64,000 bases of DNA from Octopus bimaculoides (GCF_001194135.2 NC_068999.1:36162805-36226804); one strand, 5' to 3'. Positions 50,826 to 64,000 are shown, counted from the first letter of the stretch. The notes: generated by a model from the letters alone, not told the origin. Program-made: numbers and translations.

Positions 50826-52405
50826 ATGTAGAAAAATATAAAAGAAGAGAGAATTAATCAGCTCTTTTGGTATGTCACAGATTAGCGCTTCTCCTTAGAT
50901 TTATCTACAGGCCATCAGAGTGTTACTAGAGGGAGCTGTTTATCATTGAAACATTTTTACCACCAAGCGCATAAACAGCTTTCTTCAGCTACGCAACCTG
51001 CATATCAGTTTAACATAAGATTATCTCACTACACTTCGAACTTACAGTAATCATTACAATTGTTAACCACAGCTTCATATGAGTCATCCATTTCTCACAT
51101 TATTCGTTTAACCTACAGAAACTAAGCCAACTTCGCCAAGTTGCATAAAGACTGAAAGGTATGGACGAACAGTTTGCTGCCACAAGCTATTTTGTAGTTT
51201 TCGCAGCTATTATAGCCAAGAGCTATTTTTCAACTTTCACTGTAATTACATCTACAAGTCATTTGTAGCTTACATATTTATAACTAGACGTCTTTCTTCC
51301 TCCATTACAACAGCCAAATCTCTAATTCTCCTTTCAGCTAGTCTTAATACGCGACACGTGCTTAGCTAAATGTATACACAGAGCGTTAAATTATTACTGC
51401 CAATTCCCGAAAAAGGAAACTATATTTCCCTCCTTTTTTCCTGATGAGAAACTTTTTTTTATAAACATATTCTATTAAGTATTTTACAGATGTGAATTGT
51501 TTAATGAAAAATAATTTACTTGTATTTGTATATCGTAATTCTACAAAGGTATTTCTGTATTTTTGTTCTTTCGCAATAAAATATGAGTATTAAATTACTC
51601 TAAAAACACGGAGATTTTATATTAATTTTGACTTATTCTTTTATATTACCGCGAGCTGTTGTTTTATATTGGAGTGTACTGATGTTTTATATAGCACTTG
51701 AAATGCTGAGTAGTATTATTTTCAACTGCTCTTTTATATTACTTTCAATAATAATTATTTCAGGGATATGTACTGGTATTGTTCCAATATATCTTAGAAC
51801 ATTATCCAATATATCTTAAAACATTATGTTCGTATCTTCGTATATATTTTTTTCTTCGCATACTAATTTACAAAGGCAAGTCCATTACCTCAGTTGCAGA
51901 TTTTGCCCGATATTTTGCTTTAGAATTATATCGTTACATTCTTGTTTTGTACATATAACCTGTTAGATGAAGGAGGCCGTGCTCTATACAACAAATATGC
52001 TGCAAATTGTACACATACGTCGGTACACACATATACATACATGCACTTTCTAATTTGGTCGGTAGTATCAACCGATACAATTTTGAATGAAATGTATTAG
52101 ACAGAAACTGCGGAAGCAACTCGTAGGGCAAGTGTACGGGTGTGGGGGGAGGGTTGCTTTTACGTTGATTGACCGGTAGTGCTGGAAACGTAGTATAATT
52201 CGCTAAAAGTTTAATAATACCTAAAAACTAAGCAATAGGATTGTTATATACGTACGTAAACATGTATGTATATATTTAATGTACATAGAAAATGTATACG
52301 TGTTCTCTGTGTGTATATACGTGTGCATGTGTGTGCAAGTGTATGTATAGATGTACACATTAACTGTGTATATACAGTCAAATGCTGACAGAAAATGTAT
52401 GTATG

Positions 52406-52442
<37 letters not shown>

Positions 52443-53489
52443 TCTGATAAGAGCCAATGCATGATACTTTCAGACCTTCAGTCATTCGGTTGCTTCAGCT
52501 AAATATTAATAAAAATATAATATATATCATATATCTATTTTATGCACATATATTTATTTATGATTACACGCACACACACAAACACACACACACACACCAC
52601 ACACACACATATATAATGTGTATATATATATATTAGGTGTATATATGTATGTCTATATATGTCCTCAATCTTTTCAACGACTATTGAAAAGTAAAAGTTG
52701 CAAGACACAACGAACATTTTAGAAAAAATAAAGGAGTGGAAAGTTAACCGGTGGGTGTGTTAAATAATAAGGCACTAAAAGAGAATGATTCTCCCCAGAC
52801 ACAACAAAATTACATTTATATATTATATATTTATTAACGACATACAGCATCAATGTGTGTGTATGTTTGTGCGTGCGTGTGTATCCATGCTTGTATACGT
52901 ATAAGATGCTTTAAATTTATAAAAAATATAAATATCTGTATGTAATATAAAACGTGTGTGTATATTTATTTAGATATATATCTATATATAAGACTATCGA
53001 TATATATATATTTGTGCGTGTATATCTGTATAAACCGTATAGTATGTACATTTTATCTATTCAGGGTTTTTTTTTCATTTGGTTCTATTGTTGTCTATCA
53101 CTACACCAAAGAACGGTCATCACTGTCTAATGCAGTTACGTCTTTGTTCTGGACACTTTTTTGTTTTCGTTTTTGTTCAACCATATTTTCTCCTTTCCTG
53201 TCTCTCTTTCACATAGACGTAGCGTAAATAGATGTCTCTTATCTCAAACAAACACAAGTGAGATGTTTCAGAAACGTCAGAAAGAAATATAGACAGGAAC
53301 GATGATAATAATGCGATGATTTTTATGTGCGTTTTCTGTTTTTACTACATTTTTCTTTTTTTCGTAAAGAATTACTATTGTCTTTTCGATATTTGTAAAC
53401 AATAGATCTTTGCTTTATTCCAAATTATTTTCGAGACAAAGGGAATTAAAAAAAGACGATAATGAATTGAATGTAGATAGTAAAATGAA

Positions 53490-54107
53490 ACAACTTGGTT
53501 GACAGTTCAGTACAATATCATCAGACTATCTATTAAATATTGTATTAAAAGGGATTCGTTCAGCGACCTGGACAATAAGGTTACTTGGTCACTAAAAACA
53601 GGGGGTGCGTCTTTGATAACTCAAGTAGCAAGAGAAACTGTCATAGACAGCCTCCATGCGCTTGTTTCATCAACCGGAAATAGCAGCTAAATCGCCCTCA
53701 AATCACATTCTATGTAAAGTAATGTAAAATAATGCAATAAAGGAGCAGATTTTGAACAGTGGTATACTCTACCAGAGTTGATCTGTGGCGAAATAACACC
53801 ACCATTTCTTATAAAACCACCACTACCAAGAACAACACTATCACAACCAACAACAACAACAACAACAACAACAAAACTAGGATCACAAACATTAAAAACA
53901 AGACCATCGTTCCACCGATATCAGCAACAATAAAAACCACCAACAGCAACGATACCAAGAGCAACATGAATACTACTATTAACGCTACCACCACAACCAA
54001 CAAGAATGACAACAAAAACATATACATCACCACCAACACCAAAGCCATCAACACTATTTTCCACCACCAAGAAGAACGTCACTGACGCCGACAGCACCAC
54101 CAACATC
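53490..54107 (+). mobile_element. Type F SINE-like repeat with an expanded, decayed (AAC/ACC)n tail
   Basis: F block CCGGAAATAGCAGCTAAATCGCCCTCAAATCAC, then AAC-derived low complexity from about 53790 to the gap. Confidence 0.55.
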
Positions 54108-55140
54108 NNNNNNNNNNNNNNNNNNNNNNNNNNNNNNNNNNNNNNNNNNNNNNNNNNNNNNNNNNNNNNNNNNNNNNNNNNNNNNNNNNNNNNNNNNNNN
54201 NNNNNNNNNNNNNNNNNNNNNNNNNNNNNNNNNNNNNNNNNNNNNNNNNNNNNNNNNNNNNNNNNNNNNNNNNNNNNNNNNNNNNNNNNNNNNNNNNNNN
54301 NNNNNNNNNNNNNNNNNNNNNNNNNNNNNNNNNNNNNNNNNNNNNNNNNNNNNNNNNNNNNNNNNNNNNNNNNNNNNNNNNNNNNNNNNNNNNNNNNNNN
54401 NNNNNNNNNNNNNNNNNNNNNNNNNNNNNNNNNNNNNNNNNNNNNNNNNNNNNNNNNNNNNNNNNNNNNNNNNNNNNNNNNNNNNNNNNNNNNNNNNNNN
54501 NNNNNNNNNNNNNNNNNNNNNNNNNNNNNNNNNNNNNNNNNNNNNNNNNNNNNNNNNNNNNNNNNNNNNNNNNNNNNNNNNNNNNNNNNNNNNNNNNNNN
54601 NNNNNNNNNNNNNNNNNNNNNNNNNNNNNNNNNNNNNNNNNNNNNNNNNNNNNNNNNNNNNNNNNNNNNNNNNNNNNNNNNNNNNNNNNNNNNNNNNNNN
54701 NNNNNNNNNNNNNNNNNNNNNNNNNNNNNNNNNNNNNNNNNNNNNNNNNNNNNNNNNNNNNNNNNNNNNNNNNNNNNNNNNNNNNNNNNNNNNNNNNNNN
54801 NNNNNNNNNNNNNNNNNNNNNNNNNNNNNNNNNNNNNNNNNNNNNNNNNNNNNNNNNNNNNNNNNNNNNNNNNNNNNNNNNNNNNNNNNNNNNNNNNNNN
54901 NNNNNNNNNNNNNNNNNNNNNNNNNNNNNNNNNNNNNNNNNNNNNNNNNNNNNNNNNNNNNNNNNNNNNNNNNNNNNNNNNNNNNNNNNNNNNNNNNNNN
55001 NNNNNNNNNNNNNNNNNNNNNNNNNNNNNNNNNNNNNNNNNNNNNNNNNNNNNNNNNNNNNNNNNNNNNNNNNNNNNNNNNNNNNNNNNNNNNNNNNTGT
55101 GTGTGTGTGTGTGTGTGTGTACGTATGTATGTATGTATAT

Positions 55141-55380
55141 TTGGAGAGTCGGGCTTACAATCATTAGATAGTGAGTTCGATTCTCGGACTGGGCCATGTG
55201 GTGTGTTCTTGAGCAAGACACTTTATTTCACGTTGCTCCAGTTCACTCAGCTGTAAAAATGAGTTATGGCGTCACGGATGTGAACCCTTTGCTTTTCTCT
55301 TGGATAACATCAGAGGCGCGGAGAGGAGAAGCTGGTATGCATTAGTAACTGCTGATCTTCCATGAACAACCTTGCGCACA
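55141..55380 (+). mobile_element. CORE-SINE type C, second copy
   Basis: GAGTTCGATTCTCGGACTGGGC...GTTCTTGAGCAAGACACTTTATTTCACGTTGCTCCAG...AAAATGAG plus the tail shared with 12609-12937. Confidence 0.82.
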
Positions 55381-55530
55381 CTTTCTAGGTGCAATTCCAT
55401 AATCATATATAACCGAAGGTGGTCACTCTAATATATGCGTGTATTTAAGGTAATGGTGTATAGGATATACAGTGTTTACTAGTATACAAAGCACACTAAT
55501 CTGTAAAGATTAGTAGATCTGAGGAACGTA

Positions 55531-56404
55531 CGTGGTCTGATAAATATGTATCCGAACTGTCTCTATAGTAACGAAGCTCAAGCATGGAGAATGAAGCGTC
55601 TTGGCAGAGATTGTCTGTACACCTTGATGTGCATGCGCACAAAGTTTTCACGTCGTAGCTCACTTCCGCTGGGTTCAGCAGTGCTTGGAAAGAACGTGTG
55701 TTACGTGTGATCGTTGCATTGATCATGACAAAGAGAATTGAGCAGGTAATCTGCGTCAAATTTTGCCAAATGGTTAACGATACCTCTTCATAGGCCTACG
55801 CAAAGTTTTCAAAAAGTCTTCACCATTCTCGACGCAATGAAGGAGATTTTGTGCAACTAAAACCCGAATGTGTTTTTGATCAGCTGAAAGCAATTTTAGC
55901 ACAAACTTAACAGACACACGTCTCATACCGAAATCTTCAGTGATAATGGACTGAACTGAACCGTAACTAATCTGAACATCTTCTGATAACAGAAGGATGA
56001 TTATTCAATGATTTCCCCTCACAACTGAATACACATCTGCGATCTTTTTTCTCATTTCTGCTGGTTGCAGGTCTCGCAAAACGTTTGTCAATATCGGCAG
56101 TAAATTCGGCTATCTTTGAAACGTGTGAGTCACCCTACACTTGTGTGCCGCTCATATACTCCTCTCCATACACTTTCTGCAATTATCACCATGACAACTT
56201 TCTCTGTCATGGTCAATGCGACTATCACACGCGACTCACCTTCCTTCCCAGCACCGCTGAAAACAGCGGAAGTAAGCTAGAACATTAAAACTAAGTGAAC
56301 ATGTACAACAGCGTTCAATGTCAATCTGTGCAAAGCGGCTTTACTCTCTGTGCATTAGCATCATTAATATGGTAACAGTCCGGATATTTATTGATCACGC
56401 CTCG
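55531..56404. mobile_element. Non-autonomous mariner derivative with two 5' ends
   Basis: TA-flanked (55529-55530, 56405-56406); 30-bp TIRs match 23/30; transposase ATG 194 nt inside each end (55725 on +, 56210 on -); + arm MTKRIEQVICVKFCQ; - arm KVYGEE.MS...LSEDVQISYGSVQSIITEDFGMRRVSVKFVLKLLS...EDFLKTL. Confidence 0.85.
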
Positions 56405-56451
56405 TATTCTGAGCCTCGGTCTACACAGATTATATGGCATACTGGTCTCTA

Positions 56452-56486
<35 letters not shown>

Positions 56487-57797
56487 NNNNNNNNNNNNNN
56501 NNNNNNNNNNNNNNNNNNNNNNNNNNNNNNNNNNNNNNNNNNNNNNNNNNNNNNNNNNNNNNNNNNNNNNNNNNNNNNNNNNNNNNNNNNNNNNNNNNNN
56601 NNNNNNNNNNNNNNNNNNNNNNNNNNNNNNNNNNNNNNNNNNNNNNNNNNNNNNNNNNNNNNNNNNNNNNNNNNNNNNNNNNNNNNNNNNNNNNNNNNNN
56701 NNNNNNNNNNNNNNNNNNNNNNNNNNNNNNNNNNNNNNNNNNNNNNNNNNNNNNNNNNNNNNNNNNNNNNNNNNNNNNNNNNNNNNNATATATATATATA
56801 TATAACGTAAACGGGATGTTGCTGCTGACAACTAAGGCAGCATCGAGAAGAGGCCAGCATAACAAGACGTACATCAATCTTTAACCCATTGGCGTACTAT
56901 CACCTTTCTTTGATTTTTCTATTTCTCCTATAATGTGCCCTACTCACCGAGCTAGGTGAGATCATGCCATTTGCACTCAAGCATTCTTGGCCCACTCTTT
57001 ACTCCCTTTTCTCCCTCCCCGCCGCATTTCATGTCTAAACTACTCAGTCGGAAATGCAGTAATCACTATTCCCAATCCTTCGTTCGTAGAGCGTAGGCCC
57101 ACTGGATCACTTTTTTTGGTCATGTTTTCTTTTTTTTTCTCACAGCTTTTCACCTTTAATAATTCGAGAATCAGAAAATCGAATAGTTAGTAGACCGGAT
57201 GTTGCAATACCGAAATATGAAAACTCGGAATTTTGAAATATTTTAGAGAAAAATAAAAAGGAATACTCTCTAATTTGCAGATTCAGACGCTCCATTATAT
57301 AATTTAGTTTTTAAGAAATGTGTATTAGATCGATACAATATCGGAGATTAAAGCAAAATCTTATGTAAGTTTACTTGCTGGATATATTCACTGTACTCTA
57401 TCAACAAAAAGCATTTCGCTGCTTTTCTTTCCGTAAAGACATAAACATACCAAGTGATAAAAAATCGAATTTTGATGGAATGAAATTTGTTTTAAGCTCT
57501 TGTCTATAACCTCTTATTCACGCTTTCTCTCTAGTCTGTGAAAATTGAGTTGTTTAAGATTCAATATGTTTATATTTGTATTGAAAGATATGAAGGGAAG
57601 CATGACCCAAAGCAACAGGTCTGTAGAGTTGGCAGAGTGCAATATTCAATAACTATTGTATTTAGAAGTTTCTATTGTGATGTCATTTCGTGTATCTCCC
57701 CTTGAGTTTATATATATAATATAATGGACTAAAAGAAAGCGATGTTTCTTTTATTTTACTGCCGTTAACACTTTAGAGGCTATTAACATCATTTCTA

Positions 57798-57852
<55 letters not shown>

Positions 57853-58224
57853 NNNNNNNNNNNNNNNNNNNNNNNNNNNNNNNNNNNNNNNNNNNNNNNN
57901 NNNNNNNNNNNNNNNNNNNNNNNNNNNNNNNNNNNNNNNNNNNNNNNNNNNNNNNNNNNNNNNNNNNNNNNNNNNNNNNNNNNNNNNNNNNNNNNNNNNN
58001 NNNNNNNNNNNNNNNNNNNNNNNNNNNNNNNNNNNNNNNNNNNNNNNNNNNNNNNNNNNNNNNNNNNNNNNNNNNNNNNNNNNNNNNNNNNNNNNNNNNN
58101 NNNNNNNNNNNNNNNNNNNNNNNNNNNNNNNNNNNNNNNNNNNNNNNNNNNNNNNNNNNNNNNNNNNNNNNNNNNNNNNNNNNNNNNNNNNNNNNNNNNN
58201 NNNNNNNNNNNNNNNNNNNNNNNN

Positions 58225-58261
<37 letters not shown>

Positions 58262-58744
58262 ATATACATTCATACATACTAATATAAACTTTGCTTTTCC
58301 AATACATCAAGCCCGATTCGAAACAGAAATACATAGTATTAAACAAAGTAATTGACTAGGTCCTTACCCACCGAACCACCAACATATTCGCCAGCTTGCG
58401 TCATCTTTCTTTTTAGTAATCCTAAATAAAGCGAACGTTAGAACTAATCAGAAATCGATATTCTGTTACAGTCTTAGTGATCTAGATATGGTAGTGCTTC
58501 CATGAAAGACTTCTTTGCATCTGCAAGAACTTTTAAGTTGTTTACAAACCACGAATAATGATTCGCAGAAACTTAAGTGGTAGTAATAGAAGATATATCT
58601 TAATATAATAAAAGTGTGTTGCAGTAATTTATATAATATAATATTACGCAATAAAATGAAAGTAATGTAGGCAATTATATACGTATTTCATATATGATGT
58701 ATAGGACATGTATTCACAGACGCACACACACATATATATCTATG

Positions 58745-58818
<74 letters not shown>

Positions 58819-59585
58819 TATATATCTATCTATCTATATGTATATACACACACAGATACATATAGTCATATGTGTGTGCGTGTGTGGGTGGGTGTAATGT
58901 GTTTATGTATATATAATAAATAACATTTACTATTCATTTTCGATTGAAATTTATATGTACATATATGTATATATATATAGAGATAGATAGATACATACAT
59001 ATATATATATACATATATATACATATATATATACATATATATATACATATATGTATATATATATATATATATANNNNNNNNNNNNNNNNNNNNNNNNNNN
59101 NNNNNNNNNNNNNNNNNNNNNNNNNNNNNNNNNNNNNNNNNNNNNNNNNNNNNNNNNNNNNNNNNNNNNNNNNNNNNNNNNNNNNNNNNNNNNNNNNNNN
59201 NNNNNNNNNNNNNNNNNNNNNNNNNNNNNNNNNNNNNNNNNNNNNNNNNNNNNNNNNNNNNNNNNNNNNNNNNNNNNNNNNNNNNNNNNNNNNNNNNNNN
59301 NNNNNNNNNNNNNNNNNNNNNNNNNNNNNNNNNNNNNNNNNNNNNNNNNNNNNNNNNNNNNNNNNNNNNNNNNNNNNNNNNNNNNNNNNNNNNNNNNNNN
59401 NNNNNNNNNNNNNNNNNNNNNNNNNNNNNNNNNNNNNNNNNNNNNNNNNNNNNNNNNNNNNNNNNNNNNNNNNNNNNNNNNNNNNNNNNNNNNNNNNNNN
59501 NNNNNNNNNNNNNNNNNNNNNNNNNNNNNNNNNNNNNNNNNNNNNNNNNNNNNNNNNNNNNNNNNNNNNNNNNNNNNNNNNNNNN

Positions 59586-59638
<53 letters not shown>

Positions 59639-60218
59639 CATACTAAGTTATATGCATATATGCATAAATATTTACAAAGTCCATGTATATATTATATCAT
59701 TATTGAAATAATACTTTTTTATTAAGATCACTAAATCATATTTCTCGACTGCCTTCCTTCACAATAACAACAACAACAAGGGTATCGACAAACGCTCAAT
59801 AAATACACTGTATACAATGGTAGCTTAAAGAAAACATGAACGCACCCAAACATAAAATTTTTCATACAATTATAAACATCTTTATTTAATGAACATCTTT
59901 TAATGTTCGAACGAGATTAAGTTATTCGTTTAAACTATAGATACGGAGAAATCATTTATCATGGAAGATTACCATTATTATTAAGAAATGTAATAATTTT
60001 TGAATATTCGCATTCTAGTTATTAATAAAGATGTATATGTTTGTATCGTAGACGACATTTTCTAATTCTTTTGGCGTGATAGTGTTTGATAAATTTATTC
60101 AAATCCTGTTACATCATTTGTGAGGATGGGAGTCACAAACGTGATTTGAACGTAAAAATTTGTACAATACATAAGTGCTCCTGAACACTATATACAATAA
60201 TTTCTTCCAATTTCTTCC

Positions 60219-60440
60219 ATAGGCACAGGAGTGGCTGTGCGGTAAGTAACTTCCTAACCAACCACATGGTTCCAGGTTCAGACACCTTGGGCAAGTGTCT
60301 TCTACTATAGCCTCGGACCGACCAAAGCCTTGTGAGTGGATTTGATAAACAGAAACTGAAAGACGCACGTCGCATATATGTGTGTGTGTGTGTGTGTGTT
60401 TGTCCCCCCAATATCGCTTGACAACCGATGCTGGTGTGTT
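60219..60440 (+). mobile_element. SINE type E, 5' two-thirds
   Basis: AGGCACAGGAGTGGCTGTGCGGTAAG...ACACCTTGGGCAAGTGTCTTCTACTATAGCCTCGG...(TG)n TTTGTCCCCC. Confidence 0.88.
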
Positions 60441-60489
60441 CAGAAACCATCCTTTTCATCGTATCATTTTTTATACGCACAAGAACATA

Positions 60490-61600
60490 GATATTGGGGA
60501 GGTGGAGTGTCGATTATATGGACCATAGTGCTTGAATAATACCTTATTTCATCGACTACAGAATGTTGAAAAGCAAAGTTGATCTGGGTAGGTTTTGGTG
60601 TCAGAACAAAAAACGCCGTTTCCAAATAGTGCAAAACATTTTCTTCGACACACTAACGTTCCTCTTAAGTCGAACACCCTATTCTTTCTAAGCTATCAAA
60701 AATAATTTCTCTGGCAGGTACACAGGACCACGAATTTCAGATTAAGGAGTATAGTCTAATTGATTACCTAAAAGTAATACCAAATTTATCGTCCTCAATT
60801 AGATGAAATACGAAGTTGACGTTAGTGAGAAATGAGCCAAAATGTAAATGGCGAATCTACCCATTATGAAATCCGTCGTCCTTGTAGCTTTTGTTTTCTT
60901 TAGCCCTATGACTCATAAGGCCGGTGATTCGGTTTCCATGGCGTATAAACGACCGAGGACACCTGGAAAGGGACCCTAGTCGGTTGCAGGCTTCAAAACC
61001 AGTAGTTATGAGGTGAGGAGTCAATTTGATGACATCAATCCAAGTATTTCATTGGTACATTATTTTATACTTCCTGAGGGGTGAATGGTAGAGTTGACCA
61101 TAACGGAATTTGAACCCAGAAAGTAATGATCCCAAAGAATATGCGGCTAAGCATCTTGCCTATCGGGCTAACGATTCTGCCAGCTCATCGTCTTCAAGTT
61201 ATGTAAACATTGATTTAAAATTCTGGCACAAGACCAACGATTTCAGGGGGAGGGGTAAGTCGATTACATTGACCCCAGTGTTTAACTGGTACTTATTTTA
61301 TCGACCTCAAAAGGAAGAAAAGCAAAGTCGACCTCGGGAGCATTTGAACTCGGGACGTAAAGACGGACGAAATGCCGCTAAGCATTTTGTCCGGTGGGCC
61401 ATCGATTCTGTCATGCCCATCGCCTTCAGAGTATGTGCATATTGAATTAAAATTCTGGAACAAGGCCAGCAATGTCGGCGGAGGGACTAAATTGATTACA
61501 TTGATCCTAGTATTCGACTGATGCTTATTTCATCCATCTTCACGGACGAAATGCTGCTAAGCAATTTGTCCGGCGTCTTATCGATTCTGCTACCTCCCCT
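60490..61600 (-). mobile_element. Cluster of about five same-strand type D SINE copies of varying decay
   Basis: D motifs at about 60490-60660, 60725-60850, 61000-61190, 61205-61424 and 61445-61600. Confidence 0.7.
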
Positions 61601-62639
61601 AACTAGAATATGTAAATATTACGTTGTTAATCGTTCTCGGAAATATAAAATACAATGTTGCATTTAGTGCGAATTGAACCACAACATAACATAAACGGTC
61701 GTTACCAAACACTGCGCCTCACATGACTTCTCTACCCTTCACATTATGGCATCCGTCGTCCTTGGAATTAATAACATCTTATTCTGTTAATTCCATGTCA
61801 TTTCAGATGATAGCAATTTTTTTTTTCCTGTTTTCTTTTCTTTTATTTTCTCTTCAAAACTCTGGTGTCAAATTGATGAATTTTATTTTTGAAAACGTTA
61901 GTGAAGAAAAATTACTTCAAGATTTTGTATTTGTAGCCAGTCTTCAGTATTTTATAATTAATTGAATTTCAANNNNNNNNNNNNNNNNNNNNNNNNNNNN
62001 NNNNNNNNNNNNNNNNNNNNNNNNNNNNNNNNNNNNNNNNNNNNNNNNNNNNNNNNNNNNNNNNNNNNTATATATATAAAGTGTGTGCATGTGCCTGTGC
62101 GTGTGTGTATGCATGTATGTATGTGCATGCACATATATGACTTTTTATACGAATATATACATGCATACACACAGAGAAAGGCTCTGTCTGACACACTCAC
62201 ACACGCACACTTATTCACACGCAAACACACATACGTACATATGCATGTATATATATATATATATATATATACTTCAAAATATAATTTATTCATTCGGAGA
62301 CGTTGAAATTTAGATCTTTTAAAGTATGTTGATTAAAAAATTACAGAAAATTTAATAAAAAATATATGAACAAATAAATAAATAAATAAAACTGACTATT
62401 CTATCGAGGACGATGAATGAGAAAAATTCCGTTCGAATGTAATAGCAATTTTTTTTTTTATTCTGTTTTAATTATATTTTATTTATAGACAGAGAAAATA
62501 GAAATATTTAAAGACGCAAATATAGAGTAGTTTTAAAATTTTAAGAGATTCCAGTTCAGAAATTTTTATACTTTTCAAACATTATTTTCTAAAGGATAAT
62601 ATAATAAAGAAATACACACATACTTTCTTTTCAGTATCT

Positions 62640-63230
62640 GAACAGCAGACATACTGGAGCACTGCCATGAAAGGTTTTAGTCCAGCAAATGATTCCCGGC
62701 ACATTTTTTTCCCCCAGTCTAAAACTTACATTCTAAAACCGTTTCTTATGCCGAACCGCTAATTTACGGGGATGGAAATAAACTAACACCGGTTACCAAG
62801 CGATGTATGTCGGATGACAAATGCAGACACACATACACATAGACATGTGGGTGTGCGAGTCTTTGCACTGCTTCTACGCACCTTCCTTCTTCAAAATTCA
62901 ATCACAAGGCATTAGTCACCCCGTGACTGTAACAGAAGATGCTTCCCCAAAACGCGGCGAGCTGGCAGAAACGTTACTGCGCCGGGCGAAATGCTTAGCA
63001 GTATTTCGTCTACCGTTACGTTCTGAGTTCAAATTCCGCCGAGGTCGACTTTGCCTTTCATCCTTTCGGGGTCGATTAAATAAGTACCAGTTACGCACTG
63101 GGGTCGATATAATCGACTTAATCCGTTTGTCTGTCCTTGTTTGTCCCCTTGTGGGCAATAAAGAAATAAGAAGATGCTTCCCCAAATTGCCTCGCAGAGA
63201 GACTTATTTGGTCACATTCTATGAGAATAT
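62640..63230 (-). mobile_element. SINE type E interrupted by a nested type D SINE
   Basis: E 3' part at 62640-62951, resuming after 63169. Confidence 0.75.
62952..63168 (+). mobile_element. SINE type D with tail 1, young-looking
   Basis: 18-bp perfect TSD AGAAGATGCTTCCCCAAA at 62934-62951 and 63169-63186. Confidence 0.93.
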
Positions 63231-63289
63231 CTTGGTCAGCCTACCAATCTTCCAGCTGACCCACGTATAACTATACATGTATATTCCTG

Positions 63290-63485
63290 TGTTTGTGTTT
63301 TTCCCTACCACGGCTTGACAACTGATGATGGTTTTTTTTACGTCCCTGTAACTTAGCAGTTCGAAAAAAGATGGTGATAGAATAAGTACCAGGCTGAGAA
63401 AAATTAAAGCGCAGGGTTCAATTTATTCGACAACACACTTCAAGGCGATGCCCCAACTTGGGTGCAGTTCAATGAATGAAACAAT
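63290..63485 (+). mobile_element. SINE type E, 3' half
   Basis: GCTTGACAAC...GTCCCTGTAACTTAGCAGTTCG...GATAGAATAAGTACCAGGCT...CTTCAAGGCGATGCCCC. Confidence 0.8.
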
Positions 63486-63684
63486 TAGGAAAAAAAAGAT
63501 AAAAAATACATATGTATGTGGGGGTTGTGTGTGCACCTCTGTACATCACAGTGGGAATGTGAGTGCTTGTGTGACTGTTTCTGTGTATATGTGTGTGTGT
63601 GGACTATATATATTTGATGTCTATTAGTGGGAAATACGAGTGAATGAGCGAATATGTGTGTGTGTGTGTGTGCGTGTACGTGTT

Positions 63685-63747
<63 letters not shown>

Positions 63748-63752
63748 CTACT

Positions 63753-64000
63753 GCGACACTCCGTCGGTTACAACGACGTGGGTTCCAGTTGATCCAATCA
63801 ACGGAACAGCCTGCTCGTGAAATTAGCGTGCAAGTGGCTGAGCATTCCACGGACACGTTTACCCTTAATGTAGTTCTCGGGGAGATTCAGCGTGAGACAG
63901 TGTGAAAAGGCTGGCCCCTTTGAAATAGAAACAGGAAGAAAGAGTGAGAGAAAGTTGTGAGGAAAGAGTACAGCAGGGTTCGCCGGAGCTTCGTTGAGCT
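63753..64000 (-). mobile_element. SINE type A, 3' two-thirds, runs to the window end
   Basis: Reverse complement of about 250-504; its 3' end abuts (GATA)n. Confidence 0.88.

Noticed and set aside
52126-52153. Possible G-quadruplex (GGG-N9-GGG-TGT-GGGGGG-A-GGG)
   Set aside because: Fits only a relaxed pattern, is isolated, and has no functional context.
53759-54107. Thr/Asn-rich mucin-like ORFs
   Set aside because: Better explained as the expanded (AAC)n tail of the adjacent type F repeat; similar low complexity appears in several frames.
56881-57000. TTAA-CCC start resembling a piggyBac terminus
   Set aside because: No matching opposite TIR or transposase was found, so a single end is insufficient.

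Overview
AT-rich animal genomic DNA that is very rich in microsatellites, with about 24 assembly gaps (roughly 8 kb of N), nearly all abutting simple repeats. The SINE repertoire and repeat density suggest an octopus/coleoid cephalopod (inference). No intact protein-coding gene is supportable; almost every ORF in the track is a translated microsatellite or runs through Ns. The window contains: (i) at least six tRNA-derived SINE types, labelled A-F here as working names, which share heads, central domains and 3' tails in a mix-and-match way; (ii) a near full-length but dead R4/Dong-type RLE non-LTR retrotransposon (about 38.0-41.6 kb) flanked by (TAA)n on both sides; (iii) an RTE LINE 3' fragment; (iv) a DD37D (maT-type) transposase fragment; (v) a pogo/Tigger-type MITE; (vi) an unusual 874-bp mariner derivative built from two 5' ends joined tail-to-tail; (vii) several unexplained inverted and direct repeats and a few weak exon candidates. 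All alignments were done by eye, so element boundaries are approximate unless TSD/TIR coordinates are given. I found no convincing wholly new biological system; the best leads concern transposon architecture and transposon-microsatellite interplay.
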